The notes: generated from the sequence alone by a model not told the origin. A DNA stretch of 64,000 nucleotides from Planctomycetota bacterium (GCA_038060895.1 JBBTCT010000007.1:164023-228022), one strand, 5' to 3'; positions 39,983 to 49,174 are shown, counted from the stretch's first letter. Translations and numbers: made by a program.

Positions 39983-40444
39983 TTACCCGGCGCCCCCGGG
40001 GCGTCCGAAGACATCGCTCGAGTCGGATCGTTCAGGGGGAGGGATCGTCGATGAGCCGAGGACGGATTCCATCGTGAGAACGAGTTCCTTGATTCCGAAG
40101 GGCTTGACGAGGAAAGCGGCGGCGCCGAGGGAGAAGGCCATTTCCTTGTCCTTCTGGCTGTCCCGCGCCGAGCCGATGATGACGGGGATCGAAGCGAGAT
40201 CCTGTGAGGATTTGACCGCGCGGAGAACCTGGAACCCGTCCATGCCGGGCATGAGGAGATCGAGGACGACGACTCTCGGCATGATTCTGCGGATCTTGCG
40301 CAAGGCATCGAAGGGGTCGCCGATCGCCTCCACGGTCCACCCGCGACGCTCGAGGCCCCGCTTGACGACGCCGAGGAGATTGACTTCGTCATCCACGTAG
40401 CAGACGAGGTGTTGGGGCGGCTTATTGACGAGCTCGTCGGGCAA
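39983..40444 (-). CDS. Single-domain response regulator (CheY-like)
   Basis: YVDDE, VLDLLMPGMDG, SAR, FLVKPF. Confidence 0.93.
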   Translation of the reverse strand: MPDELVNKPPQHLVCYVDDEVNLLGVVKRGLERRGWTVEAIGDPFDALRKIRRIMPRVVVLDLLMPGMDGFQVLRAVKSSQDLASIPVIIGSARDSQKDKEMAFSLGAAAFLVKPFGIKELVLTMESVLGSSTIPPPERSDSSDVFGRPGGAG

Positions 40445-40578
40445 GGAGGAATCTCCGGGGAGGCGACGGAAGGAGCACCCGCCGGGGCGCGCTGGCGCGG
40501 CGCGCTACCGGCGGCGGGTTTCTGGAATGCCGTAACCCGTGGCAGGGATTGTATTTCGCGGCGCTCTGGAATGCCAGC

Positions 40579-40725
40579 TGAGAACGTGAGCAACGGTCGC
40601 CCTGCGGCGCACGACGTCGGCCCATCCGGCGCTCTAGAAAGGCGGAGATGAGGAACAGCGCGTGTCGTGGCGCGCCGGACGGGCCAACGCCGCACGCCTC
40701 CGGGCGACCATTGCTCACGTTCTCA
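40579..40725. repeat. Imperfect inverted repeat with ~55-nt arms (MITE/REP-like)
   Basis: TGAGAACGTGAGCAACGGTCGCCC...GGCCCATCCGGCGC versus GCGCCGGACGGGCC...GGGCGACCATTGCTCACGTTCTCA. Confidence 0.75.
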
Positions 40726-40728
40726 AGC

Positions 40729-41421
40729 CTAGCCGAACGCGGGTCCCACGTTCGGGTCATCTCGCTCGAGCCGCTCGAGTTTGGCGCGAACTTCCCCTTC
40801 ACGCTCGTCGGGCGGCCCCTCGAGGTACGTGTTGTACGCGAGCCGTGCCCCAACCGCGTCGCCCATGGCCACCAGGGCGTCGCCGAGATCGCACCAGGCC
40901 TGCTGGGCGTGCACGCCCCGCGGCCGGACCTCGAGGTATTTCTCCAGCCCGTTTTTCGCCGTCGAGAGGTCGTTTCGCTTCGCCGCCGCCTGCGCCAGGT
41001 CCCACGCGACGTCGGCGTTGTTCGGGTCCATCGACGACGCTTCCGCAAGCTCCTGCTGGGCCGCATCCAGCTGGCCGACGTCAAACAGAGTGATCCCCAG
41101 GTTATGGCGGTAAAGCGCGCTTCCAGGCTCAATCTTCGTCGCCGCACGGTACGCCGTCAGCGCTTCTTCCAGATTGCCCATGGCGCGATGAATGTTCCCC
41201 AGGGCATTGTGGCCCTTCGCGTACCCCCCGTTGATGCCGGTTGCGAGGCGCGCGGCCCCGAGGGCGGACTCGAGGTCCCCGGCCCTTTCGAGGGTCAAGG
41301 CGAGGTAGACGGCAGCCCGGAACTGCTCGGGATTCTCCTCGAGCGCCTTGCGGAAAAGCGCCGCAGCCTCCTTGTCCTGGCGCTTCTTGTACGCGGCGAC
41401 GCCGTCTTCGTAGTTGCTCAC
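40729..41421 (-). CDS. Tetratricopeptide repeat protein
   Basis: Multiple TPR motifs (GHNALGNIHRAMGNLEEALTAYRAA, AWCDLGDALVAMGD). Confidence 0.9.
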   Translation of the reverse strand: MSNYEDGVAAYKKRQDKEAAALFRKALEENPEQFRAAVYLALTLERAGDLESALGAARLATGINGGYAKGHNALGNIHRAMGNLEEALTAYRAATKIEPGSALYRHNLGITLFDVGQLDAAQQELAEASSMDPNNADVAWDLAQAAAKRNDLSTAKNGLEKYLEVRPRGVHAQQAWCDLGDALVAMGDAVGARLAYNTYLEGPPDEREGEVRAKLERLERDDPNVGPAFG

Positions 41422-41544
41422 GCGTGGATCCCGGGAATGGAACTTATTGTTTGTATTTCGTCAGGGGGGTGCCGCGAGGTTGAGAGCATAACGCCCCGGG
41501 GGAAGAAATGGCAATGGCCGTGAGCGCGCCCGCAAGGGCCCGCT

Positions 41545-43251
41545 TCAAACCCCCCCACTTCTCCACATCGCCGCAAACAGGGTCAACCCCAGGAATCCCG
41601 CCGTCATCGCACCGAGCACCCCCACCATCTGGGACAGCGCCACCCCATGCCAGGCCGGTCCCACCGGCGTAATCAGAAGCATCGCGCTTCCGATGAGCAC
41701 TCCCGCCATCACCAGCCCCGTCGCAACCCGGTTCGACGACCGATTCCCGTCCCGAACCAGCCGCTCCTGGTCCCGAAGGTGAGCCGCCACCTCGAACTCA
41801 CCTTTGCGCAATTGCGTCAGGATCCGGCTGACTTCGCCCGGAAGAGTCCTCAGGAGCGCGCCGTAGTCTTCGACGGCGTGGCGGAGTTCCCTGCCGATCA
41901 CCTTGAAGCGGGCCAGGCGCTCGAGGTAGGTTTTGACGATGAAGGGGCGGATTTCGGCGATGAGGTCGAGGGAGGGGTCGAGCTGGCGGGCAATCCCTTC
42001 GGCGGTAGCGAGTGCCTTGCCGAGGAGGTGGACGTCGGGGGGGACGCGGATCTGGTGGCGCGCGAGTGTCTCGTACAGCTCCGCGAAGAATTTACCCATG
42101 TCGACGCGCCCGAGCGGTATTTCGGCATACCGCTCGATCAGGTCCTGCGCGTCCAGGCGCAGCCGGCGCATGTCGACGTCGTCGCCCAGGATCCCCATGT
42201 GCCGGAACGTGCGCACGACCTTCTCCGGGTCCTTCCCCACGACCCCCGCCATGAAGCTGAGAAGCTCGTCGAGACGTTCTTCGTCCAGCGCCCCGACCAG
42301 TCCGTAATCCACGAGGCAGAGCTTGTCGCCGGGAAGCACGAAGAAGTTGCCGGGATGGGGGTCGCCGTGGAAGAAGCCGTGCTTGAAGATCTGCATGAGG
42401 ACGTAGTTCACGCCGCTGCGCGCCAGCTTCGGCAGGTCATGTCCCGCCTTCCGCAGCTCCTCGAGGTTCGTGATCTTGATCCCCTCGATGAACTCGACCG
42501 TCAGCAATTTCTTGGTGCAGAGTTCCGGGAACACCTGGGGCACCACGAAGCGCTCGTCTCCGCCGAAGTTGCGCGCGAACTTCTGGATGTTGAACGCCTC
42601 GCGCGTGAAGTCGATCTCGCGCGTGATCGACCGCGCAAACTCCGCCACCACCGCCTTCGGGTGGTAGGGGCGCGACTCCGGCAGATTCTCCTCGAGCAGG
42701 TGCGCCAGCTTTCCCATGATGTCGATGTCCGTCTTGATCATCCGCTCCAGGCCCGGGCGCCGTACTTTCACGACGACCTTGTGCCCGGACTTCAGCGTCG
42801 CCCGGTGCACCTGGGCAATCGACCCGGCGGCGAGGGGTTCGCGCTCAAAGTGTGCGAAGACCTCCCCGACTTTCTGCTTCAACTCCGCCTCGACTTCCTC
42901 CAGCGCCGCCGCGGCCCCGAACGGAGGCACCCGGTCCTCCAGCCGCCGCAGTTCCGTCACGAGCGAAAGCGGCACAAGATCAGGCCGCGTCGCCATGATC
43001 TGCCCGAGCTTCACGAACGTCGGCCCCATCTCCTCCATCGCCATCCGGATCCGCTCTTCCGTCGTGTGCCCCTCGTCCGGGCGGTAGCGGTTGAACGTGA
43101 CGACCTTGAGGAGCATCCGCGAAACACCCTCGAGCCCGAGACGCGCGAGCACGTCGGCGAACCCGTGACGCGTGAGGACGCCGAGAATGTGGCGCCCGCG
43201 GCCGAGGTTGCGGAGGGTCTGGGGGAGTCTTGTGAGGGAACCGAGGTCCAT
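41545..43251 (-). CDS. AarF/ABC1/UbiB-family atypical kinase
   Basis: MGPTFVKLGQ, PLAAGSIAQVH, VVVKVRRP, GFFHGDPHPGN, DYG; C-terminal TMs. Confidence 0.95.
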   Translation of the reverse strand: MDLGSLTRLPQTLRNLGRGRHILGVLTRHGFADVLARLGLEGVSRMLLKVVTFNRYRPDEGHTTEERIRMAMEEMGPTFVKLGQIMATRPDLVPLSLVTELRRLEDRVPPFGAAAALEEVEAELKQKVGEVFAHFEREPLAAGSIAQVHRATLKSGHKVVVKVRRPGLERMIKTDIDIMGKLAHLLEENLPESRPYHPKAVVAEFARSITREIDFTREAFNIQKFARNFGGDERFVVPQVFPELCTKKLLTVEFIEGIKITNLEELRKAGHDLPKLARSGVNYVLMQIFKHGFFHGDPHPGNFFVLPGDKLCLVDYGLVGALDEERLDELLSFMAGVVGKDPEKVVRTFRHMGILGDDVDMRRLRLDAQDLIERYAEIPLGRVDMGKFFAELYETLARHQIRVPPDVHLLGKALATAEGIARQLDPSLDLIAEIRPFIVKTYLERLARFKVIGRELRHAVEDYGALLRTLPGEVSRILTQLRKGEFEVAAHLRDQERLVRDGNRSSNRVATGLVMAGVLIGSAMLLITPVGPAWHGVALSQMVGVLGAMTAGFLGLTLFAAMWRSGGV

Positions 43252-43310
43252 GGAAGAGAGGCTATTGGTGCAGACGGGGGCGGGAGGCGCAAGGGGTAAA
43301 GGCGAAAGAA

Positions 43311-43822
43311 ACTCCAACTCCAACCCCAACTCCAAATCACGACTTGGCGGAGCCGCAACCCATGACAGCGGAGGCTCCGCCTGCTGTTGACGAATGCTGG
43401 CGCGGTGAGTTGCCCATTGCTGGTTGTCAGGGAGTTTGGGGTTGGGAGTTCCGGAAGTTGCGTTCCGAGTTCGGAGTTCCGGGTTCCGCGTGGGGTTGGG
43501 AGTTCAGCGTTTCGCGTTGGCGGGAGCGGTGAGCGCCGGTCAGCGTTGGCTGCGGCGCCGACACGAAACACCAAACCCGGAACCCCACACGGAACCCGGA
43601 ACACGGAACTCGGAACACAACTTCCGGAACTCGAAACTCCGAACCCACCGACAACTCCAGACTCCGGTCTCCCCGTGCGGCTGAGCGGCAACCGATGAGC
43701 GCGAGGTTTCCGGGACACATAGGTGCCCGCCGCACACATGTTCAAGACAAGGGCTCCAAAACGACGCGACCAAACTACAGCTGTTTTGGAGTTGGGGTTG
43801 GAGTTGGGATTTGGGATTTGTC
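43311..43822. repeat. Nested repeat region: outer inverted family-A repeats (43311-43338, 43754-43822) around an inner GGAACNC-heptamer hairpin (family B, ~43431-43644)
   Basis: ACTCCAACTCCAACCCCAACTCCAAATC versus GTTTTGGAGTTGGGGTTGGAGTTGGGATTT; inner GAGTTCCGGAAGTTG...GTTCCG versus CGGAAC...CAACTTCCGGAACTC. Confidence 0.8.
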
Positions 43823-44098
43823 GTTCAGGGGCCGCCGCGAAATCTCAACTTCCAGTTCCTTCACCCGCGCGCTCAGCTCCTCAACCTTCTTCGCCAGAGC
43901 TTCCACTTCAATCCTCCGGCATAACCCCGCCCTCTCAAACACTTTCCCGAACGCCCCCTCCGCCTCTTCCCTCGCCTTCTTCGTCGCCGCCACCGCGTCC
44001 TCGACCAGCTGGCGCGCCTCCGGACCCCCCTGCGCACCAAGGCGCCGAAGGTCTTCTTCGCTCGTAAAAATCAGCTCCATCAGGTCGGAGAGATCCAT
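43775..44098 (-). CDS. Phasin-like coiled-coil protein
   Basis: RAGLCRRIEVEALAKKVEELSARVKELE resembles PhaF/phasin-type C-termini; lies upstream of the UbiB-family gene; TGATG overlap with the upstream gene. Confidence 0.6.
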   Translation of the reverse strand: MDLSDLMELIFTSEEDLRRLGAQGGPEARQLVEDAVAATKKAREEAEGAFGKVFERAGLCRRIEVEALAKKVEELSARVKELEVEISRRPLNDKSQIPTPTPTPKQL

Positions 44099-45012
44099 CA
44101 GGTGGTCCTCGTCACAATCGCCCGCCGAACGACGTCGCTCATCTTCAAAACCCCCACCGGCTTCCCCTGCTTCAGCACGATCGCCGCATTCCGCCCGAGC
44201 CGCGACAGCGTCATCGTCGCTTCAAGAAGGCTCGTCTCCTCCTGAAGCGTCGGGACGCCGGGGTCGATGCAGTTCACGACGGCGAGGTCGCCGTGGTGCT
44301 TGAGGAAGTCCTCGAAGGGCGCCTGCGTGGAGAGGACGGCGGGCGAACCGGCGTAGGAGAGGTACGTGTGGATGCCCTTTCGGACGACGGCTCTCGGGGT
44401 CAGGCCGCCGACCCAGTTTCCCGCGTCGTCGACGACCGGCACGACGTCAGCGCCGCTCGCAACCAGGACGTCGAGCCCCTCCTTGAGAGTCGATTTGGCG
44501 CGGATCGCCCCCGGGTGCGGCCCCATGATGTCCCTCACGAACGTCGCTTCCCGGACGCGCACGCCGGTCCCGTCGATGTAGTCCCAGATTTCTTCGGCGG
44601 AGGTCGCGGTCGCGACCTCTTCGACGTGGTTGAGGTTCTTGAAGAGCGTGGAGAAGGCTGCGAGAGTCTGGAGGTAGGTCGCGGAATGGGTCTTCGGAAT
44701 GACGAAGAGAACGACGACCTTCGCAATGCCGTCGGGGCCCGGGCCGAAGGCGACGCCCTTGGAATGCGTCCCGAGGACGACCCAGACGCGGCCGACGCGG
44801 TCGGTGCGGGCGTGGGGGAATGCGACACCGTGACCCATCGTGAAGCCGCCGAACTTCTCGCGGGCGGAGACGGCGGCCATCACGTCGGCCTCGATGTCCT
44901 GCTGCGCGACGGCGGAGAGGCGCTTGACCATCTCGCGAAGGGCGGGCTCCTTCTCGGAGGAGGCGAGGGGGCAGGAGATGAGCTTGGGGGAGAGGAGGGA
45001 GCTCAGGCGCAT
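44098..45012 (-). CDS. PTS EIIA(Ntr/Fru-like) domain fused to a CBS pair
   Basis: AREKFGGFTMGHGVAFPHARTD, then VRDIM...VPVVDDAGNWVG...KPVGVLKMSDVVR. Confidence 0.88.
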   Translation of the reverse strand: MRLSSLLSPKLISCPLASSEKEPALREMVKRLSAVAQQDIEADVMAAVSAREKFGGFTMGHGVAFPHARTDRVGRVWVVLGTHSKGVAFGPGPDGIAKVVVLFVIPKTHSATYLQTLAAFSTLFKNLNHVEEVATATSAEEIWDYIDGTGVRVREATFVRDIMGPHPGAIRAKSTLKEGLDVLVASGADVVPVVDDAGNWVGGLTPRAVVRKGIHTYLSYAGSPAVLSTQAPFEDFLKHHGDLAVVNCIDPGVPTLQEETSLLEATMTLSRLGRNAAIVLKQGKPVGVLKMSDVVRRAIVTRTT

Positions 45013-45059
45013 GTTGGGGAGGGTAATCCTGGAAAGCGGGGGGGGAAGGGAAAGACCAC

Positions 45060-45148
45060 GGCAAATCCCAAGTTCCGACTCCAACTCGAAATCCCAAAAC
45101 GGCGCTTTCGAACCATGGCTGTTTTGGAGTTGGGATTTGGGATTTGCC
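45060..45148. repeat. Repeat family A hairpin, copy 4
   Basis: GGCAAATCCCAAG...ATCCCAAAAC ... GTTTTGGAGTTGGGATTTGGGATTTGCC. Confidence 0.75.
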
Positions 45149-45167
45149 CTGGCATTTTTGTTCGCCG

Positions 45168-46037
45168 CTAGGTGAGGATGTCCCGCTTCACGAAGATCCC
45201 GTACGCCGCGCCAAGAAACACCACGCCGCTCAACAGCGGAACCATCCACGTCCTCTGGATCTCCTCGTCCTCCCACTTCCGGTCCGAATACCCCTCCGCC
45301 CGGTGCTTGGCAACCGTGAGCCCGTACTCGAGAGAGTGGCTGAAGACGTACTTGCCGGCCTGCCGGTCGACGGTGGCGAAGCCGTAGAGGGCGATCGCCA
45401 GGAACATGGCAAGGCCTACCGCCGCGCCGGTGTTGTCGAAGATCGAGCTGATGAGCAGGCCGAAGAAGCCGGAGGCGAGAAGCGGGAGAATCGAAAGCGT
45501 CATCGCGAGGCGGAAGTCGGCGGCGAGAACTTCCTTGGCGCGGTTCGGGTCGGAGAGGACTTCCTCCCCCATGAGCGTGTAGCGGCCCTCGTTGAGCGGC
45601 GACAGGTAGCTCCCGTCGCGCCAGAACCCGTGAACGAGGTGGAGCATGAGGTAGCTCAGGAGGGCGGTGGCGATGAAAAGCACGATCACGACGACGGCGA
45701 TGACCAGCGCCTTCGAAATAAAAACATCGGTACGCGTGACGGGCCGCACGAGGATCATCCGGTACGTCCCCTGCGACGCCTCCCCCGACAGGCTCAGGCT
45801 CGCGATCACCACCGCGAAAACCGAGACGAGACGAAGCGCCCACAGGCACGACGTCTCCAGGTACTCGAACCCGTTGCGGATCCGCGGATCCGCCACCGCT
45901 TCCCCCTGCACGTCCAGCCCCCTCACCATCACCAGGAGAATGGACGCCACGATCGGGAACAGGACGACATAGGGAAGCTTCTGGCGGAACAGTTTCGCCA
46001 TCTCGAAACGGACCAGCCGGCCCACGCGGGACATCAT
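45168..46037 (-). CDS. ABC-2 type transporter permease
   Basis: RFEMAKL, SGEASQGTYRMILVRPVTRTDVFISK, about six TMs, FVKRDI. Confidence 0.9.
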   Translation of the reverse strand: MMSRVGRLVRFEMAKLFRQKLPYVVLFPIVASILLVMVRGLDVQGEAVADPRIRNGFEYLETSCLWALRLVSVFAVVIASLSLSGEASQGTYRMILVRPVTRTDVFISKALVIAVVVIVLFIATALLSYLMLHLVHGFWRDGSYLSPLNEGRYTLMGEEVLSDPNRAKEVLAADFRLAMTLSILPLLASGFFGLLISSIFDNTGAAVGLAMFLAIALYGFATVDRQAGKYVFSHSLEYGLTVAKHRAEGYSDRKWEDEEIQRTWMVPLLSGVVFLGAAYGIFVKRDILT

Positions 46038-46993
46038 GCGTGCCTCTTTCGCCCGGTCTCGGCCAGGAAGATTTCCTCGAGGGTCTCGCGCCCCGGCGTC
46101 AGCTCCCAGATCTTGCACCCTGCCGCGTGCAACGCCGCGGCGATGTCGACCAGCGCCTCGGGTCCGCACTTGAGCCTGAATGCGCGATCCTGCATGCCGA
46201 CCACGTGGACCTTCCGGAGGGCGAAAACTTTCTCCGCTTCCTCGAACGGCTCCGCCCGGACCCGGGCGAGAGCCTTGGCATGCTCGAGCATTCTCCGGAC
46301 ATTGTCCTGCACGCGCAGTTTTCCGTGGTGAACGATCGCGACGCGGTTGCAGGTCAGCTCGATTTCATGGAGGAGGTGGGAAGAGATGAGGAAGGTCACG
46401 CCGAAGTCGCGGTTCAGGCGCTGGATGAGCTGGCGGATGTCGATGATTCCCTGGGGGTCCAGTCCGTTGGTCGGCTCGTCGAGGATGATGAGCTCGGGTT
46501 TCGTGAGAAGGGCCTGGGCGAGCCCGAGGCGCTGTCGCATTCCCTGCGAATAGCCGCGCACACGGTCGCCGCCGCGGTCCTCCAGGCCGACGAGCGCGAG
46601 GCACTCATCCACGCGCGCGCTGTCGGTGCCGCCGGAGAGGCCGTAGAGCAGCTCGAGATTTTTTTTCCCGGTCAGGTACGGATAGAACTGCGGGATCTCC
46701 ACCATCGCGCCGATCCGGTTGAGCACGGCCAGCGAGTTCTCGCGCACGTCCTCCCCGAAGGCCAGGACGCGACCGGACGTCGGCGCAATCAGGCGGACAA
46801 TCATCCGGATCGTCGTCGTCTTCCCCGCGCCATTCAGGCCGAGAAGGCCGTAGATGTCGCCGCGCCGAACTTCGAGGTTGAGGTCGTCCACGGCGGTCAG
46901 GGCGCCGAAGCGCTTCGTCAGCCCCTCCGTGCGAAGCACGACCTCCTTGAGGGCCGTGTCGGGCGATGCGGGGTGAAGAGCGGCGGATTCCAT
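46034..46993 (-). CDS. ABC transporter ATP-binding protein
   Basis: GLNGAGKTT, YSQGMRQR, ILDEPTNGLD, SSH. Confidence 0.95.
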   Translation of the reverse strand: MESAALHPASPDTALKEVVLRTEGLTKRFGALTAVDDLNLEVRRGDIYGLLGLNGAGKTTTIRMIVRLIAPTSGRVLAFGEDVRENSLAVLNRIGAMVEIPQFYPYLTGKKNLELLYGLSGGTDSARVDECLALVGLEDRGGDRVRGYSQGMRQRLGLAQALLTKPELIILDEPTNGLDPQGIIDIRQLIQRLNRDFGVTFLISSHLLHEIELTCNRVAIVHHGKLRVQDNVRRMLEHAKALARVRAEPFEEAEKVFALRKVHVVGMQDRAFRLKCGPEALVDIAAALHAAGCKIWELTPGRETLEEIFLAETGRKRHA

Positions 46994-47035
46994 GGACGGC
47001 AGTTTGGAGCCGGAAGTCGGGAGAGGCAACATCAA

Positions 47036-47824
47036 CTACCCGCGGGCCTTCTTCACGAAGCGACTCGCCCGGGCGGCGTCAACGGGTGCGTCGGGAACGC
47101 CTCCCTCCTTGATCGCGGTCCCGACGATCACTCCGTCGCATTTCTTCAGCGTCGCCCGGATCGTCGCTTCCGTCACGCCACTCCCCGCAAACACCGGGGC
47201 CCCGCCGCGCGCCGCCTCGTCGTAGTCCTTCGGGTCCGCGGCGTAACCCGTGGCGCTGCCCGTCACGACGATCACGTCGGCGAGGCCGCGATGGACGGCG
47301 TCGGAGGCTTCTTCGTGAAGCGGCCTCGGCGCGAGGGGGGCGGAGTGCTTCACGCCGACGTCGGCGAGGATGCCGCATTCGGGGCAGAGCCGGGCGCGGA
47401 GGCGGCACGTTTCGGCGGCGCGCCCCTCGATGATGCCCTGGTCGGTGAGCTGGGCGCCGACGTGGACGTTGACCCTGATGAAGCGCGCGCCGGTTGAGGC
47501 GCAGACGGCGAGGCCGGCGTGGGCGTCGTTGCGGAGGGCGTTGACGCCGACGGGGATGCTCACGGCGCGCAGGACTTCGCTGACGCAGCGCGTCAATGCG
47601 GCAACGGTCTCGGGGGGCAGGTCTGCCTTGAAAAACGGGAAATCGCCGTAGTTCTCAACGATGAGCGCGTCGAGCCCGCCGGCCTCGATCGCCCGCGCGT
47701 CGATCAGCGCGCGCTTGAGCACCGCCGTCATGGACGTGTGCCGCGGAGCGCCGGGAAGCGGCAGGAGGTGAACCATGCCGACCAGCGGCTTCGGATGGCG
47801 GAAGAGACGTTCGAGGGTGCTCAT
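47036..47824 (-). CDS. BtpA/SgcQ-family TIM-barrel protein
   Basis: GMVHLLPLPGAP, ENYGDFPF, GVNALRND, ADVGVKHS, GSATG. Confidence 0.93.
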   Translation of the reverse strand: MSTLERLFRHPKPLVGMVHLLPLPGAPRHTSMTAVLKRALIDARAIEAGGLDALIVENYGDFPFFKADLPPETVAALTRCVSEVLRAVSIPVGVNALRNDAHAGLAVCASTGARFIRVNVHVGAQLTDQGIIEGRAAETCRLRARLCPECGILADVGVKHSAPLAPRPLHEEASDAVHRGLADVIVVTGSATGYAADPKDYDEAARGGAPVFAGSGVTEATIRATLKKCDGVIVGTAIKEGGVPDAPVDAARASRFVKKARG

Positions 47825-47852
47825 GCGCGAGAGTCTAGTGCGCTGCCGCACA

Positions 47853-47947
47853 AACCCGAAACACGAAACTAGGGACGGAACCCGGAACGCGGAACCCGGA
47901 ACGCGGAACCCGGAACGCGGAACTCAACTTCCGGAACCGGAAACTCT
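47853..47947 (+). repeat. Tandem GGAACCC/GGAACGC heptamer array (family B, single arm)
   Basis: (GGAACCCGGAACGC)x3 then GGAACTCAACTTCCGGAAC, matching the right arm at ~43590-43632. Confidence 0.8.
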
Positions 47948-49067
47948 AAACCGTCCTGGGCCCCGCCCCTGTGTACACCGCCGCAGGCCGGTACAGCTTG
48001 TGGTCGTCCCACAACTCCAGCATGTGCGCGCCCCATCCGAACACCCGCGCCATGGCAAACAGCGTCGTGAAAAACTCCGGCGGAATGCCCAGCGCCGCAA
48101 AGACAGCCCCCTTGTAGAACTCGACGTTCGCGCGGATCCGCTTCCCCTGCTCCGCGAATCGCTTCTCCGCGTGCTCGTCGACGGCGATCAGCGTCTCGAC
48201 GACTTTCTCCTGCCCTTTCAGCCTCGCCAGTTCGAGCGCCATCGGCTTGAGGATGACGGCGCGCGGGTCGACAACTTTGTACTCGCGGTGGCCGAGCCCC
48301 ATGATCTTCTCCTTCGCCGCAAGCTGCTCGTCCACCCAGGCCGGCGCCTTCGCCGGGTCTCCGATCGAAAGCGCCATCCGGTACGCGGCTTCGTCCGCGC
48401 CTCCATGAAGCGGCCCGTAGAGCGCCCCGACGCAGGCCGAGAGAGCCATGGACAGCGGACAGAGCGTCGAAGCAACGGTGCGCCCCGTGAACGTCGAGGC
48501 ATTGAATCCGTGCTCCATCTGCAGGATCTGCGTCGCGTCGAGCGTCGCGACCTCCGCCGGGTGCGGCGCTTCCCCGCGCAGCATCCGCAGGAAGTCGGCA
48601 TGGATCGGAAGCGAGGGATCGGGGGCGAGGGGCGTGCGGCCGGCGCGGAGGCGGGCGAGCGCGGCGACCGTCGTGGGCAGCTTTGCGGCGATCGCGAGCA
48701 GCCCCTCGCGCTGCGCGGCGCGGTTTTCCAGCCTGGGGGCAGACTTTGCGGAGGCGTCGTCGAGCAGGGGCAGGACGACCTGGAGCGCGGTCATCGGGTG
48801 AGTCTCTCGCGGGAGGCGCGAGAGAACGTCTGCTGCCGCGGGCGGCAGCGCGCGCGGCTGGGCCAGGGATCGTTCAAACTCCCGTCGGGAGTCGGGGGTC
48901 GGGAGCTCGCCGTCGAGGACGAGGCAGGCGACGTCGAGGAACGAGCAGTGACTGACCAGGTCGGCAATCGAGTAGCCGCGGTAGCGAAGTTCGCCGCGTT
49001 CGCCGTCGATGTCCGAGATGGAAGTGGTGTCCGCCGGGACGCCGGCGAGGCCTTTGGGCAGGGTCAT
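47946..49067 (-). CDS. Citrate synthase / methylcitrate synthase family
   Basis: KGLAGV, LRYRGY, EHGFNAST, GPLHGGA, MGLGHREYK, NVEFY. Confidence 0.94.
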   Translation of the reverse strand: MTLPKGLAGVPADTTSISDIDGERGELRYRGYSIADLVSHCSFLDVACLVLDGELPTPDSRREFERSLAQPRALPPAAADVLSRLPRETHPMTALQVVLPLLDDASAKSAPRLENRAAQREGLLAIAAKLPTTVAALARLRAGRTPLAPDPSLPIHADFLRMLRGEAPHPAEVATLDATQILQMEHGFNASTFTGRTVASTLCPLSMALSACVGALYGPLHGGADEAAYRMALSIGDPAKAPAWVDEQLAAKEKIMGLGHREYKVVDPRAVILKPMALELARLKGQEKVVETLIAVDEHAEKRFAEQGKRIRANVEFYKGAVFAALGIPPEFFTTLFAMARVFGWGAHMLELWDDHKLYRPAAVYTGAGPRTV

Positions 49068-49132
49068 GGCTGAGGCTCCGGGTGGATGGGTGGCTGGAAG
49101 GACGTTACGCCAGCGCGGCGCTGTTTTGAAAT

Positions 49133-49155
49133 TGATTCTATTGACGATTCAATCA
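49133..49155. promoter_or_regulatory. AT-rich dyad between citrate synthase and LysR genes (candidate LysR site overlapping a promoter)
   Basis: TGATT...AATCA and the overlapping ATTGA-CGAT-TCAAT; TTGACG-N17-AATAGT on the plus strand. Confidence 0.45.
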
Positions 49156-49174
49156 GTTTTGCTAATAGTCCGTC

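Noticed and set aside
43344-43773. Short ORFs across the nested repeat region
   Set aside because: Translations are periodic (TRNPEPGT-like) products of the heptamer repeats.
43431-47947. GGAACNC arrays as CRISPR
   Set aside because: Units are 7-14 nt with no unique spacers and there are no cas genes.
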